Under the pieces are notes generated by a model, which had not been told where the DNA came from, did not search any database, and saw only the letters and a program-made list of their open reading frames with translations. From a virus (taxonomy: Duplodnaviria > Caudoviricetes): DNA of 64,000 nucleotides. The DNA lies in the IMG/VR virus record IMGVR_UViG_3300028242_000036, positions 1 to 64,000 of that record. The stretch is one strand, 5' to 3'. Each line of letters opens with the position of its first letter. Position 1 is the first letter of the stretch. The translations under genes were made by a program, and so were the position numbers. Shown here piece after piece: positions 10,825 through 20,432 of this stretch.

Positions 10825-11168
10825 TAGAATCTAATACCTCCACTGTGATATGAGGTAGTTGATGCTTTGTTTACCGATGTTGTTTCTTTTTCTTTTTCAT
10901 TATCCATTTCAATAATGGTCATCATACAATAGTTAGCAAGGTCAAGCAGTGTATCTCTAATACTCTCGTCTTTAACCTTACGCTCTTCTGCTGATTTGGT
11001 TGCAAGAGAACAAATACGATTATATTTATCTGAAATTCTTGTTACGGCAGAAATGATACCAAGCTTTTCAAAAGTTTCACCAAATGAATTACCGTAATCT
11101 GAGTTTTTCTGTTCGTAAATTTTATTAAGGTTTTCACAAATTTCTCTATGTCTTTCTACTCTGTTCAT
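10824..11168 (-). CDS. DUF1599 / nucleotide-modification-associated domain 1 protein
   Basis: KNSDYGNSF...RISDKYNR...ESIRDTLLDLANY. Confidence 0.85.
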   Translation of the reverse strand: MNRVERHREICENLNKIYEQKNSDYGNSFGETFEKLGIISAVTRISDKYNRICSLATKSAEERKVKDESIRDTLLDLANYCMMTIIEMDNEKEKETTSVNKASTTSYHSGGIRF

Positions 11169-11182
11169 TTATATTCTCCTTG

Positions 11183-11662
11183 TTATATTGAATTACTTTC
11201 AAACCATAAAAGTTTATCATTGTTTATAATTTCTTTTGGGAAGGTCATTATCAACTTAGAAATATCCATATCTACTGTATACAAACCATATTCGTTTTCT
11301 TGTGACAGTTCGATAGCAGTTGTTGGTGATTGACAATGAATCAATCCCCCTTTAAAACCATATCTTTTTATCCATTTTTTATTAATACGCTTTTTCTTGT
11401 GGTATCTTGTTTGGATTAAAATAGGTATATCATATTCAAGATACAAGTTTTTTGTAGATTGTGCTGTTAAAGACTTTAGTGCTTCTACATTAAGATAATC
11501 AAGTTCAGCATTTAAACTTGCCTCACCTGTCATATGGTATATAGGAGATGTATCTGCACTAAGTTCGGTAGTGCAGATAGCATCATTAAAGTCTGCAATT
11601 TTATAAATCTCTTTATTGTTTGTTAGGTTAATTAATGTTCCACCTGTGAGTTCAATCCCCAT
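11183..11662 (-). CDS. Hypothetical protein
   Basis: ORF coupled to dut; contains RYHKKKRINKKW. Confidence 0.5.
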   Translation of the reverse strand: MGIELTGGTLINLTNNKEIYKIADFNDAICTTELSADTSPIYHMTGEASLNAELDYLNVEALKSLTAQSTKNLYLEYDIPILIQTRYHKKKRINKKWIKRYGFKGGLIHCQSPTTAIELSQENEYGLYTVDMDISKLIMTFPKEIINNDKLLWFESNSI

Positions 11663-12159
11663 TACTTGCCACTACTTCCTAATGCCCCATCGCCACGCTC
11701 AGATTCAATAGCCTGAAGTTCTTCATAAGAAATTTCCTCAACAGTTGTCTTGGGGACAGGAACTAAAATAGCCTGTGCAATAGCTTTCTCGCAGTCATAT
11801 GTAAAACGAGTTGAAGGAATACGATGCTTGTTTTCGTAGTTAGGGTTGACAAGGAATAATGGTTGAGAGGTTGTATTTGTTAAACCGATAAACCAAGGAT
11901 TTCTATATCCTGAGTCGATAACACCACAACGAACTGCAATGCCTTTAGAGCCTGTTGAACCTCTTTCTTTTACAATGAAACAATAATCTTTATCACATAC
12001 GCTTGCAATTTCTGTAGGAATGAGACGAGTTTCGTGTGGATTGATTGCGATATAATCTTCATCAAAACACGCATATATATCATAACCTGCATCCTCTTCT
12101 CTCTTTGTTGGAATCTTAGCATTGGGTTTTACTTTTGCAAATTTAATTGTTGTTTCCAT
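11662..12159 (-). CDS. dut: Trimeric dUTPase
   Basis: AGYD, ERGS, GVIDSGYR, RGDGALGSSG motifs. Confidence 0.93.
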   Translation of the reverse strand: METTIKFAKVKPNAKIPTKREEDAGYDIYACFDEDYIAINPHETRLIPTEIASVCDKDYCFIVKERGSTGSKGIAVRCGVIDSGYRNPWFIGLTNTTSQPLFLVNPNYENKHRIPSTRFTYDCEKAIAQAILVPVPKTTVEEISYEELQAIESERGDGALGSSGK

Positions 12160-12173
12160 ATGTATCTCCTATC

Positions 12174-12722
12174 TTAAAATGTGTTTGTAATATAATTCTT
12201 AGCAAAATATGTGATAATCTTTGGGAACATTTTAATTAAAGCAACTTGAATACCTTTTTCTTCATCAAAATTGTCAAAATGTTTATTACAGGTCGATGTG
12301 GATTTAAACTTAGTTCCAATTCCTATATGTAATTCTACATCTGTTTTTTTACCGTTGTTACGAGTATCTATATACCACCACTGATTATCTCTAAGATAAT
12401 GTTTGAGATATTTAATAACATAATGACCATCATTAAGTTCACTCATCATTGTCCACAGTTCATCTTTTTTAATTTGTCTCCACTCTGTCCAAGTAGGTTT
12501 CTTTTCTTCAACAACCTTTTCAAAATACTTTTCGTATTCATCATAAGACATTACACACTTTGCAAGACCTTCGATACCACAAAGCTTCATTTCGCCCTCT
12601 AAAGTAATTACAGTACCGTCAATATTGGTTACAGTAAAAACTGTACTAAGAGGAATACCAATCATCGGATTTTCGTTTACATATTTAATCTTGTCACCTG
12701 TTCTAAGCATTACGCTACACAC
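12174..12722 (-). CDS. Hypothetical protein
   Basis: ORF track; in operon. Confidence 0.5.
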   Translation of the reverse strand: MCSVMLRTGDKIKYVNENPMIGIPLSTVFTVTNIDGTVITLEGEMKLCGIEGLAKCVMSYDEYEKYFEKVVEEKKPTWTEWRQIKKDELWTMMSELNDGHYVIKYLKHYLRDNQWWYIDTRNNGKKTDVELHIGIGTKFKSTSTCNKHFDNFDEEKGIQVALIKMFPKIITYFAKNYITNTF

Positions 12723-13960
12723 TCCTTTGTTTCTCTTTTATTTTTTAATTTTGTTAAATATATATTGAATTGGTCTATCATATTCTGTTCTTCATTGGTA
12801 ACAGTTCTATTAAACTTTCCTCTTGCCTGAACAACCTCGTAATTTCTAATTTCGAGAGTTACCAAACTCTTATTGTATTGTTCTTCTTTTGGGAGAGTTT
12901 TATTTTGTTGTCTTAAGAACATAATATGACAGTTGCCATCAATAACCTTTTGAATATACGATGCTACACAGTTTGCTTGCTGAACAGCTTCGTCTTTAAT
13001 ATCCTGAGTTGTTTCGGGATAAATAAATTTATAATCATTAATCTTATATTCTAATTCTTTATCAATACGCTTTGCAAAATCTTGTTCTACAAAATATTCC
13101 TTAAGTCTATTGTAATTACGACAAGTAATCTGATGAGTTGATAAAAAGTATCTTGGATATTTTTCAAATTTAGGACTGAGCTTACTTGACATTTTTACAT
13201 AATCATAAAAGTCACTACAAAGTGTATTAAAATTATCTATTGCTTCATATGTCATTAGATTATCTAAATATGTAAGTAATGATTTAATATTGTAATTATA
13301 ATTCTCTACTAAATATTTAAGATATATAGATTTTGAACCATAGTAATAGTAGCCATCGTTTTCTCGTCTGTTAAAATATAATCCGTATGTTAACAGAAGG
13401 TTTTCGATATTATCTTTTGTAATTGAATTAAACTCCATACCTAATAACAGAGGATATAAATTAGGAATATTATTATAGGCTTTTAATGTATCTGAGTTTA
13501 ATGCTATTTTATATTGTCTACAAACTTTAATAAGTCCTTTGGGAATATCATTCAAAGAACAATACAGTCTTTTGTTGCTTCTTGAATTTAAATCTACATT
13601 AGTAAGTCCACAAGCAAAATATTGCTCATACTTAGCATAGTCATTAACTTTAGCAAGAAAACTACCTACATTACTAATTTTATTAACTGTATAATCTGTA
13701 TATCTATATCTGCCATAATAACTATCATATGCTGTGCTTCTGTTCACTTCCGTGTTAACAAAATCCATAAAGTTACGATAATTTTCATCTTCGATACATT
13801 CAATAATTTGTTTAATTGTATAACCTCTTAACTGTGTGTTTAAGGATTTAACAATGCGATTGTTTTTACCGATTGTCTCACCTGTTGCAAGATTATATTT
13901 AACCGTCTTGCCATCGTTAAATTCAAAAACGATAAACTGTCTTTCTTTAAAAACTTTCAT
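12710..13960 (-). CDS. PcfJ-like domain protein
   Basis: C-terminal EAVQQANCVASY...FLR...SLVTLEI...VQARGKFNR. Confidence 0.8.
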   Translation of the reverse strand: MKVFKERQFIVFEFNDGKTVKYNLATGETIGKNNRIVKSLNTQLRGYTIKQIIECIEDENYRNFMDFVNTEVNRSTAYDSYYGRYRYTDYTVNKISNVGSFLAKVNDYAKYEQYFACGLTNVDLNSRSNKRLYCSLNDIPKGLIKVCRQYKIALNSDTLKAYNNIPNLYPLLLGMEFNSITKDNIENLLLTYGLYFNRRENDGYYYYGSKSIYLKYLVENYNYNIKSLLTYLDNLMTYEAIDNFNTLCSDFYDYVKMSSKLSPKFEKYPRYFLSTHQITCRNYNRLKEYFVEQDFAKRIDKELEYKINDYKFIYPETTQDIKDEAVQQANCVASYIQKVIDGNCHIMFLRQQNKTLPKEEQYNKSLVTLEIRNYEVVQARGKFNRTVTNEEQNMIDQFNIYLTKLKNKRETKECVA

Positions 13961-13991
13961 TTACATTATTTTCCTTTCACTTGATAATATA

Positions 13992-14020
13992 ATTATAATA
14001 TTATTTTGTTCATTTGTCAA
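13992..14020 (-). promoter_or_regulatory. Sigma-A-type promoter with conserved spacer (class A)
   Basis: TTGACA-17 nt-TATAAT, spacer ending AAAATAATAT. Confidence 0.85.
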
Positions 14021-14109
14021 TAGTTATATGGAAAATAATACAAGTTTGGTGAAAGTGCATAAACCATCCTATTTATATAGAATAATTATATACACTTTCA
14101 CCAATTTAT

Positions 14110-14298
14110 TTATTCTTTATAATAAAGCCCACAATGGCAATATCCACTTTCAATTTCTTCTACAAAGTTTTTACACATACATTTTGTATCTTTGTTGCGT
14201 TTGTTCGGTGGAACGCAAGGGCAATGTCCATTTGCTTGTTTAATGGCATCTCTCATTTCCTTAACAAACTCTTTGTCGGGGTTAACTTTAATTTTCAT
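14110..14298 (-). CDS. Ferredoxin-thioredoxin reductase catalytic-subunit-like protein
   Basis: CPC...CMC...CHC motifs. Confidence 0.75.
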   Translation of the reverse strand: MKIKVNPDKEFVKEMRDAIKQANGHCPCVPPNKRNKDTKCMCKNFVEEIESGYCHCGLYYKE

Positions 14299-14771
14299 TA
14301 TCTTATTTCCACTCCATATTGATTATCTGAGGCAAGATATACTCCTAATGTATCATCATAATGTTTTTGTTGGTTAGGTATATATCTGCCGAATTTAATA
14401 ATTATAGGCTCATAAAGTCTAAGCCATTTTAGCTTATCTTCAACTTCATCTTTGTTGTATCCTGTATAAATAACAATATCATCACCACACCAATATCTAA
14501 AATTCATAATAAAACATTGTAGCTCTTCCCAACTATCAAAGGGTTCTAACCCTCCACAAACAACAGCGTGTGTAATTGGGTTGCTCATATATCTTTCAAT
14601 CAATGAGTTGATAGAAATATTAATATTGGGCGATTTAACAAGAGAACTGTTTTGACACATTTTTTGACCACACTCCTTCTCACACTTGAAGGTGCAAGAA
14701 GGAAATGCGATAAACATACTTGGTTTTTTATAGTTAACAAAATCCTCATCAACTAATTGTTTAATAATCAT
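14298..14771 (-). CDS. nrdG: Anaerobic RNR activase (radical SAM)
   Basis: CTFKCEKEC, GGLEP, IYTGY, LASDNQY; follows nrdD. Confidence 0.88.
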   Translation of the reverse strand: MIIKQLVDEDFVNYKKPSMFIAFPSCTFKCEKECGQKMCQNSSLVKSPNINISINSLIERYMSNPITHAVVCGGLEPFDSWEELQCFIMNFRYWCGDDIVIYTGYNKDEVEDKLKWLRLYEPIIIKFGRYIPNQQKHYDDTLGVYLASDNQYGVEIR

Positions 14772-14772
14772 A

Positions 14773-16716
14773 TTAATCTCCTATTAAAGAAGTTTCACCA
14801 TACATAACACCTGTATCATACCACTGTCTTGCTGTAAACTCTTTAATTCTTTCTTTGCTATATGACTTAGAAGGTGTTAAGAAGCCTACTACTCTTTGGT
14901 ATGTATCAGCTTTAGGTTCATTGCACTCAGGGCAAATATCAGTACCAACAAATCCGTGATGGTTTTTGCATACATTGATTTTTGTATTGTAGCAGAAGTA
15001 AATAACTCCCTGACTTGCAATATAATTTAACATTTCCCAAGCCATATCTGTATTGGGGAAGTTATTATCAATATTAATGTGTGCAATAGCACCACCCGAA
15101 CACTTGTTATCAAGTATAGCACTTGTACGGATTTTTTCATTAATGGTACACTTTTCGGTAAGGGGTATCCACTGATTACTATAAATAAAGTCATCGTGAA
15201 CATCAAAAAGCATATTATCTTTTGCACATAAATTAACGGCGGCTCGTTCAGCAGGAACACTTTCAATATTAAATGAATACTCTGTTGTAAAGTTATCCTT
15301 TGTTTCATTTAAGATATTGAAAATCTTATCAGCAAATTCAATAGCCTCGTCTGTGTAGAATTTATTGCCAAACTCATCAGTATGAATATATCCGAATTTA
15401 TTCATTACTTCATATAATCCTAAAATACCAATGGTGCAATACTGCTTATCCATTTCTACACCACCGTCACAATAGTTAGGCAGTAAGTTCTTATCAATAT
15501 TTCTTTTAATAATATGTCTTACTCTATCTAAAACCTTGCAACAAAGGGTCGTTCTCTTTTTGAGTAAGTTAAGATATTTTCTTTCGGTAATTTCTTCTCC
15601 AAGCTCATAAAAGATATGTACAAGATTAATTGTATTTACCTTTACAGAACCAATACTTAATGCTGTACCACCGATAGAGTTAATAAATCCTTTAAGCTTA
15701 GAAGTGTCGGAAAGAAGTCTACAACAATTTGATAATGTAGTTACATCGCCACTTACAAAGAAGTTACTATCATTCCACTGACAGTTGTGGTCTGAACACC
15801 ATCTTGCAAATTCCTTATCTACAAACTCACCATCTTTATAAAGAAGTGAATAGGTTAATACAGGGAATGTAAACATATTTTCCTTTCTAACATCAGAAAC
15901 AACTTCCATAAATACTTTTTGGTGTTCAATGAACTCATCTACATAGTCAATAGCAAATGTACCATCGGGAAATTCAACTCCACCAAACAGTGCTGTATAA
16001 TATTCTCTATCGAAAATAGAAACATTAACAAAAGCTGATTGGTCAATTCTCATAAAAGGCTGATTAAGTCTATAAATAAGCTTTTGGAATGACTGTCTAA
16101 GGTAGTAATCAGGATTCTTGATATAATAACCTGTCTCACAGTCTCTCTTCCAAAAATAATAAGTCCATACAAGAATATTAGGAATACCAACTGCACCACT
16201 ACTTCTATTTGACATAAAGCTGATAAATTCAATTACATCATCAACAAATGTTGTAAGATGTTTAGGTGGCTGATTATTATAGTTATTTCTTAAAAAGAAT
16301 AGTCCGTCTGTTGCTAATCTTGTAAGGTCATAAGCATAACAATAAGGGAAGAATGAAGTTGTGGGAAAATCGTGTAAATAGAATCCACCAATCCATTCGG
16401 TTTCAAGCCACTCTTTTGCAGTCTTTAAACCATACTTCTTTTTAATTTCATAAAATATCTTATTTGCTACAATAAGCTTATCAACTGACTTGCCCTTTTC
16501 ACTTCTAAGAGATGCCACATCTTTATTTGAAGCATTTGCATTACTATCTATAGATACATCGGCTACATTCTTATCGACAAAAGCATCAATAAAATCTGAA
16601 AAGTTTAACTGAGAGTTATGAACACCATTTAAGATTTCAAAATCTTCACCATATTTATCTCTCAAATTATCAATAGCTCTTTCAAAGTCTTTATTAAATT
16701 TATAATTTACTTCCAT
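14773..16716 (-). CDS. nrdD: Class III anaerobic ribonucleotide reductase
   Basis: FYLHD, ESVPAE, zinc CxxH/CPEC, glycyl-radical motif YQRVVGFL. Confidence 0.93.
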   Translation of the reverse strand: MEVNYKFNKDFERAIDNLRDKYGEDFEILNGVHNSQLNFSDFIDAFVDKNVADVSIDSNANASNKDVASLRSEKGKSVDKLIVANKIFYEIKKKYGLKTAKEWLETEWIGGFYLHDFPTTSFFPYCYAYDLTRLATDGLFFLRNNYNNQPPKHLTTFVDDVIEFISFMSNRSSGAVGIPNILVWTYYFWKRDCETGYYIKNPDYYLRQSFQKLIYRLNQPFMRIDQSAFVNVSIFDREYYTALFGGVEFPDGTFAIDYVDEFIEHQKVFMEVVSDVRKENMFTFPVLTYSLLYKDGEFVDKEFARWCSDHNCQWNDSNFFVSGDVTTLSNCCRLLSDTSKLKGFINSIGGTALSIGSVKVNTINLVHIFYELGEEITERKYLNLLKKRTTLCCKVLDRVRHIIKRNIDKNLLPNYCDGGVEMDKQYCTIGILGLYEVMNKFGYIHTDEFGNKFYTDEAIEFADKIFNILNETKDNFTTEYSFNIESVPAERAAVNLCAKDNMLFDVHDDFIYSNQWIPLTEKCTINEKIRTSAILDNKCSGGAIAHINIDNNFPNTDMAWEMLNYIASQGVIYFCYNTKINVCKNHHGFVGTDICPECNEPKADTYQRVVGFLTPSKSYSKERIKEFTARQWYDTGVMYGETSLIGD

Positions 16717-16717
16717 C

Positions 16718-16951
16718 TTATGTCTCCTGTTCATTTGTATAAGTGTTTATAAAATTATTAGCAGTTGCAAAATCCATTAAAACTCCATCTGCTTCAAGCA
16801 TAGGCAGAAATTCAATATTTTTTTCTTGCATAACCACTTCGTCTGTTACTTCAACATACTGAATATTTTTTGCTTTAAGTTTGCTTGCTAACACACGACA
16901 TCTCGGACAATGTGTTGTGTATAATGTGATATTATTCATTAGTTTCACCAC
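16718..16951 (-). CDS. Glutaredoxin-like protein
   Basis: TTHCPRC, LPML. Confidence 0.8.
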   Translation of the reverse strand: MVKLMNNITLYTTHCPRCRVLASKLKAKNIQYVEVTDEVVMQEKNIEFLPMLEADGVLMDFATANNFINTYTNEQET

Positions 16952-17585
16952 TTTCTTTTAAAATCAATTCTTTAAAACGAGGTAATGATTCGACCCATCT
17001 ACAGAAAATTATCCATTCGGGTAATCTATGTGTTTTACGCTGATGATATATTGTTTTGAGCTGTCTGTAATTTGTAGTCATTCTTGCAGTAAGCTTAAAA
17101 CCACAAGGGTTAGAGTAAAGAATTTCAAGATAACGCCTTTTCATTTCTTCAGCGTGTTCTTGTTGAATTTGAACGGATTGAGGTGTGAGACTATTTTTCC
17201 ATTCAAAATCTATTCGATTATACTCTGCTACCTTTTCTTTCATAATTGCAATAATTCTTGGGTCAACATATTCAATGTATGCTTTATCCAAATCAAACTT
17301 TGTAATACGATGCATTGTTGATTGTGAACTTACAAAATCAAAGAAATGATAACGCTCTGCTTCAGTCCAACATTTAACAGTATAAGTTAAATCAAACTGA
17401 ACAATAATTCCATTTAAGAAATTATCGTGACCCTCACCCATATCACAACTCGCTAAACCAACAGTTCGTTTTGTTATGTCCGAAGAAAGTGTTTCTATAT
17501 CTACAGACATAGGATATTTTGAAGCTTTAATACTTTCATCAAAGCCATATACTTTGACATTGCTGATAATATCTTTAATTTCCAT
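16932..17585 (-). CDS. Divergent ThyX-like (flavin-dependent thymidylate synthase fold) protein
   Basis: GHDNFL, ERYH, SQSTMH, NYRQL, HRLPEW; nucleotide-metabolism context. Confidence 0.55.
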   Translation of the reverse strand: MEIKDIISNVKVYGFDESIKASKYPMSVDIETLSSDITKRTVGLASCDMGEGHDNFLNGIIVQFDLTYTVKCWTEAERYHFFDFVSSQSTMHRITKFDLDKAYIEYVDPRIIAIMKEKVAEYNRIDFEWKNSLTPQSVQIQQEHAEEMKRRYLEILYSNPCGFKLTARMTTNYRQLKTIYHQRKTHRLPEWIIFCRWVESLPRFKELILKESGETNE

Positions 17586-17817
17586 TGTTTTCTCCTTGTT
17601 CTTCGTGGAATGAATCATACAGCTCCACCATATGATTTATAAAATCATTTTTTGTAGCAAACATAGCCCATTCAAGCATTGACCTACCTGCACTCAAACA
17701 CACATTATCAATCTGTTCCTGTGTTAACATTTCTTCTTCGGTGGTTTCGGTAATTCGAGGTTCGGTAGTGCCAAAATCTAACTGTACTACATTATTCTTT
17801 TTGGTCTTTTTTCTCAT
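17575..17817 (-). CDS. Hypothetical protein
   Basis: AGGAGG RBS before MRKK. Confidence 0.5.
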   Translation of the reverse strand: MRKKTKKNNVVQLDFGTTEPRITETTEEEMLTQEQIDNVCLSAGRSMLEWAMFATKNDFINHMVELYDSFHEEQGENNGN

Positions 17818-20140
17818 TGTTGTCCTCCTTAATATTATTTTGTTTATTTGTAAAGTTATCATAGTAATCTATGATATACTCTTTAAACCAAGTATGTCTT
17901 GATAAGTCAGCCTTTTTCTTAATAGCTGAATTAACGGTTGGTGCTGTGCCAAAATGAATAACCTTATCTTTAGCTCTCGTTACTCCTACATATAATAAAT
18001 TACTACTTAACATATATGTATGAGCTTTAGGAGTAAGTAAAATAATTACCTTTGCACTACCACCCTGACTTTTATGAATTGAAATACTATAAGCAAGTTT
18101 AACATTAGCCATATCTGTCTTGTCATATACTACCATTTCATCATTAAACTTAATATATACAATATTTTTGTCAATGTGTTTGATAACACCAATTTCACCA
18201 TTTGGAATAAAAGTTTCTTTGGGTTTACCATTATAACCCTCAATTACTTTATAATTATCATCACATAAATTTGCCTTATAGTTATTTTTTGTTTGGATTA
18301 CAATGTCATCAATAGCAAATGTGATAGCTTCATCATCTTTGCCCATTTTTAAACTTTTATCGGTATTGCTTACATTTTTATTAACAATAGACTGTAAAAC
18401 ATTATTTATTGCAGTCGTTCCATAGTTGCCTTTGTTATAAGCTGATAAAATTAAAATATCTTCTTTAGGAAATCCTGCATCTATCAACTTTTTATATAAG
18501 GTTTTAACCTTATTAACCATTGTTTCTTGTGGTGTTTCAATAAACATATACTTTTTATCTCCAAGGTCTTTTTTAAGATAGCTTTGAGAGTTTCTTATAT
18601 CTGTTGCCACAGTAAGAATTGAATTATTACCATATCGGAAAATCTTGGTCAATCTGTTAATAGGAACTTTGTTAGAATGAACTATATCATATAACACATT
18701 ACCTGCTCCCACAGAAGGTAACTGAGCCTCATCGCCAACTAATAAAAGTTTGGTTTTTGTAAAATCAATTCTGTTAATTAAATTGTAAAATAATGAAAGG
18801 TCACACATTGAAACCTCGTCAATAATTACCATATCAACATATATTTTAGGGTTTTCCTCCCCCATACTTTCCATAGCATCCATAGAATATAATAACTTAT
18901 GAATGGTTTGGGCAGGACATTTGGTATACTCTGATAAAACTTTACTTGCTCTACCTGTTGGTGCTAAAAGCATAAAACTTTTATCATTATCTTTAAGCAT
19001 TTGGATAAGAGAAAGTGTAGAGGCAGATTTACCTGAACCTGCATAACCTGACAATACAGAAATATTACTATCACATACCATTTGTAAAGTATTTAACTGC
19101 TCATCGGTTAATTGGATATTATCGTTGCAACGATACTTTTCAATATCAACACTCCATTTAGTTGAATTATTTAAAGCATCAGCAATAATTTCGGCACACA
19201 TTACTTCTTTATAATGTGTTCTTGTATTGGCAATCCATTTATTTTCTAAGTCTACATATATCTGCTTACCTAATTCTTCATCATCATTTGCATTTTTACA
19301 AATATCAACCAAATGATTAAAGCACTCAGGTACAAGACTCTTCAACTCTTTACCTATTGTTTTAATATCAAGTATCGTATTGCCATTTACTTCATTCTCA
19401 TCAAGCAACCAAGTTAATGCCGACAAACATCTATCTTTGGAAACACTTAATTCATTATTAAATTTAAATGGTGGTTCTTTACCTTCTTCAATATCCTTAT
19501 TGATTTGTTTTTCGAGTGTAAGTAAAGTCTTATCGGCAGTCTTAAAGCCAACACGATTAATTTGACATAAACATTCGTATGGTTTTTGCTCTAATGATTG
19601 AACAATTTTCTCCGTTGAACCATAATAATCAAAGAGTTTTTTAATAATGGTGAATGAGAAATAGCCTCCCAAACTCTCTACAATATCTGCAAGCATAAAA
19701 TTAGAGCGTATCTTATTGATAATAACTTCAATTCTATATTTACCAATATTATAAAGTTTATTTGTGTCTATTTCATCAGTTCTGTCTTCCATTACAATAT
19801 CAATAATGTTAGGATATTCCCTTATGATTTCTTCGGCTTGTGAATAACTTAAATCACAAGCATAAAGAAATTGCTTTAAACCTTCGGTAGACATTGGCTT
19901 TTGCTGTTTGATATATTTGATTCGATAATCATAACCATACTTGCTCTGCTTTTCGTCTGCCTCAATATCATACAACATTCCTAATGATAAATCGCCACAA
20001 TCGCCTGAAATTGTAACATTAAAATAATTATTTAATTTAACATCAGGAAATTTATGCCTATCTATATCACAGGCATATATCTTATAATTATCTGCACTAA
20101 AAATGCAGTGTACAGGCGTTGCTTCAAATTTAATACTCAT
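17792..20140 (-). CDS. recD: RecD2-like SF1B helicase
   Basis: GYAGSGKS, IIDEVSM, LVGDEAQLPSVGAG, AYSISIHKSQG, YVGVTRA. Confidence 0.92.
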   Translation of the reverse strand: MSIKFEATPVHCIFSADNYKIYACDIDRHKFPDVKLNNYFNVTISGDCGDLSLGMLYDIEADEKQSKYGYDYRIKYIKQQKPMSTEGLKQFLYACDLSYSQAEEIIREYPNIIDIVMEDRTDEIDTNKLYNIGKYRIEVIINKIRSNFMLADIVESLGGYFSFTIIKKLFDYYGSTEKIVQSLEQKPYECLCQINRVGFKTADKTLLTLEKQINKDIEEGKEPPFKFNNELSVSKDRCLSALTWLLDENEVNGNTILDIKTIGKELKSLVPECFNHLVDICKNANDDEELGKQIYVDLENKWIANTRTHYKEVMCAEIIADALNNSTKWSVDIEKYRCNDNIQLTDEQLNTLQMVCDSNISVLSGYAGSGKSASTLSLIQMLKDNDKSFMLLAPTGRASKVLSEYTKCPAQTIHKLLYSMDAMESMGEENPKIYVDMVIIDEVSMCDLSLFYNLINRIDFTKTKLLLVGDEAQLPSVGAGNVLYDIVHSNKVPINRLTKIFRYGNNSILTVATDIRNSQSYLKKDLGDKKYMFIETPQETMVNKVKTLYKKLIDAGFPKEDILILSAYNKGNYGTTAINNVLQSIVNKNVSNTDKSLKMGKDDEAITFAIDDIVIQTKNNYKANLCDDNYKVIEGYNGKPKETFIPNGEIGVIKHIDKNIVYIKFNDEMVVYDKTDMANVKLAYSISIHKSQGGSAKVIILLTPKAHTYMLSSNLLYVGVTRAKDKVIHFGTAPTVNSAIKKKADLSRHTWFKEYIIDYYDNFTNKQNNIKEDNNEKKDQKE

Positions 20141-20195
20141 TACATTCTTCCTTTGATAAAAATAGTGTATTAAATTTTTATCTAATACACTATAT

Positions 20196-20224
20196 ATTAT
20201 AATATTATTTTATTGCTTTGTCAA
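20196..20224 (-). promoter_or_regulatory. Class A promoter
   Basis: TTGACA-17-TATAAT with AAAATAATAT spacer; hairpin at 20162-20193 just downstream. Confidence 0.8.
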
Positions 20225-20432
20225 TAGTAAATTTAAAAATTTCACTATCTTTTGGTATTTTTATTCTAAAATCAGTATATTCTTTTGTTTCGGGTATATA
20301 CAATTCTATATTTCCTTCTTCATCTTCGTAATATTCTGCTTTTGGTTTATGATTTTTAACACACCAATAAAATAAATTAACTAAATCAACGGTTACTTTA
20401 TCACCATTTTGCATTATTAGTACACCTCCCAC
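20205..20432 (-). CDS. Hypothetical protein
   Basis: ORF track. Confidence 0.45.
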   Translation of the reverse strand: MGGVLIMQNGDKVTVDLVNLFYWCVKNHKPKAEYYEDEEGNIELYIPETKEYTDFRIKIPKDSEIFKFTIDKAIK

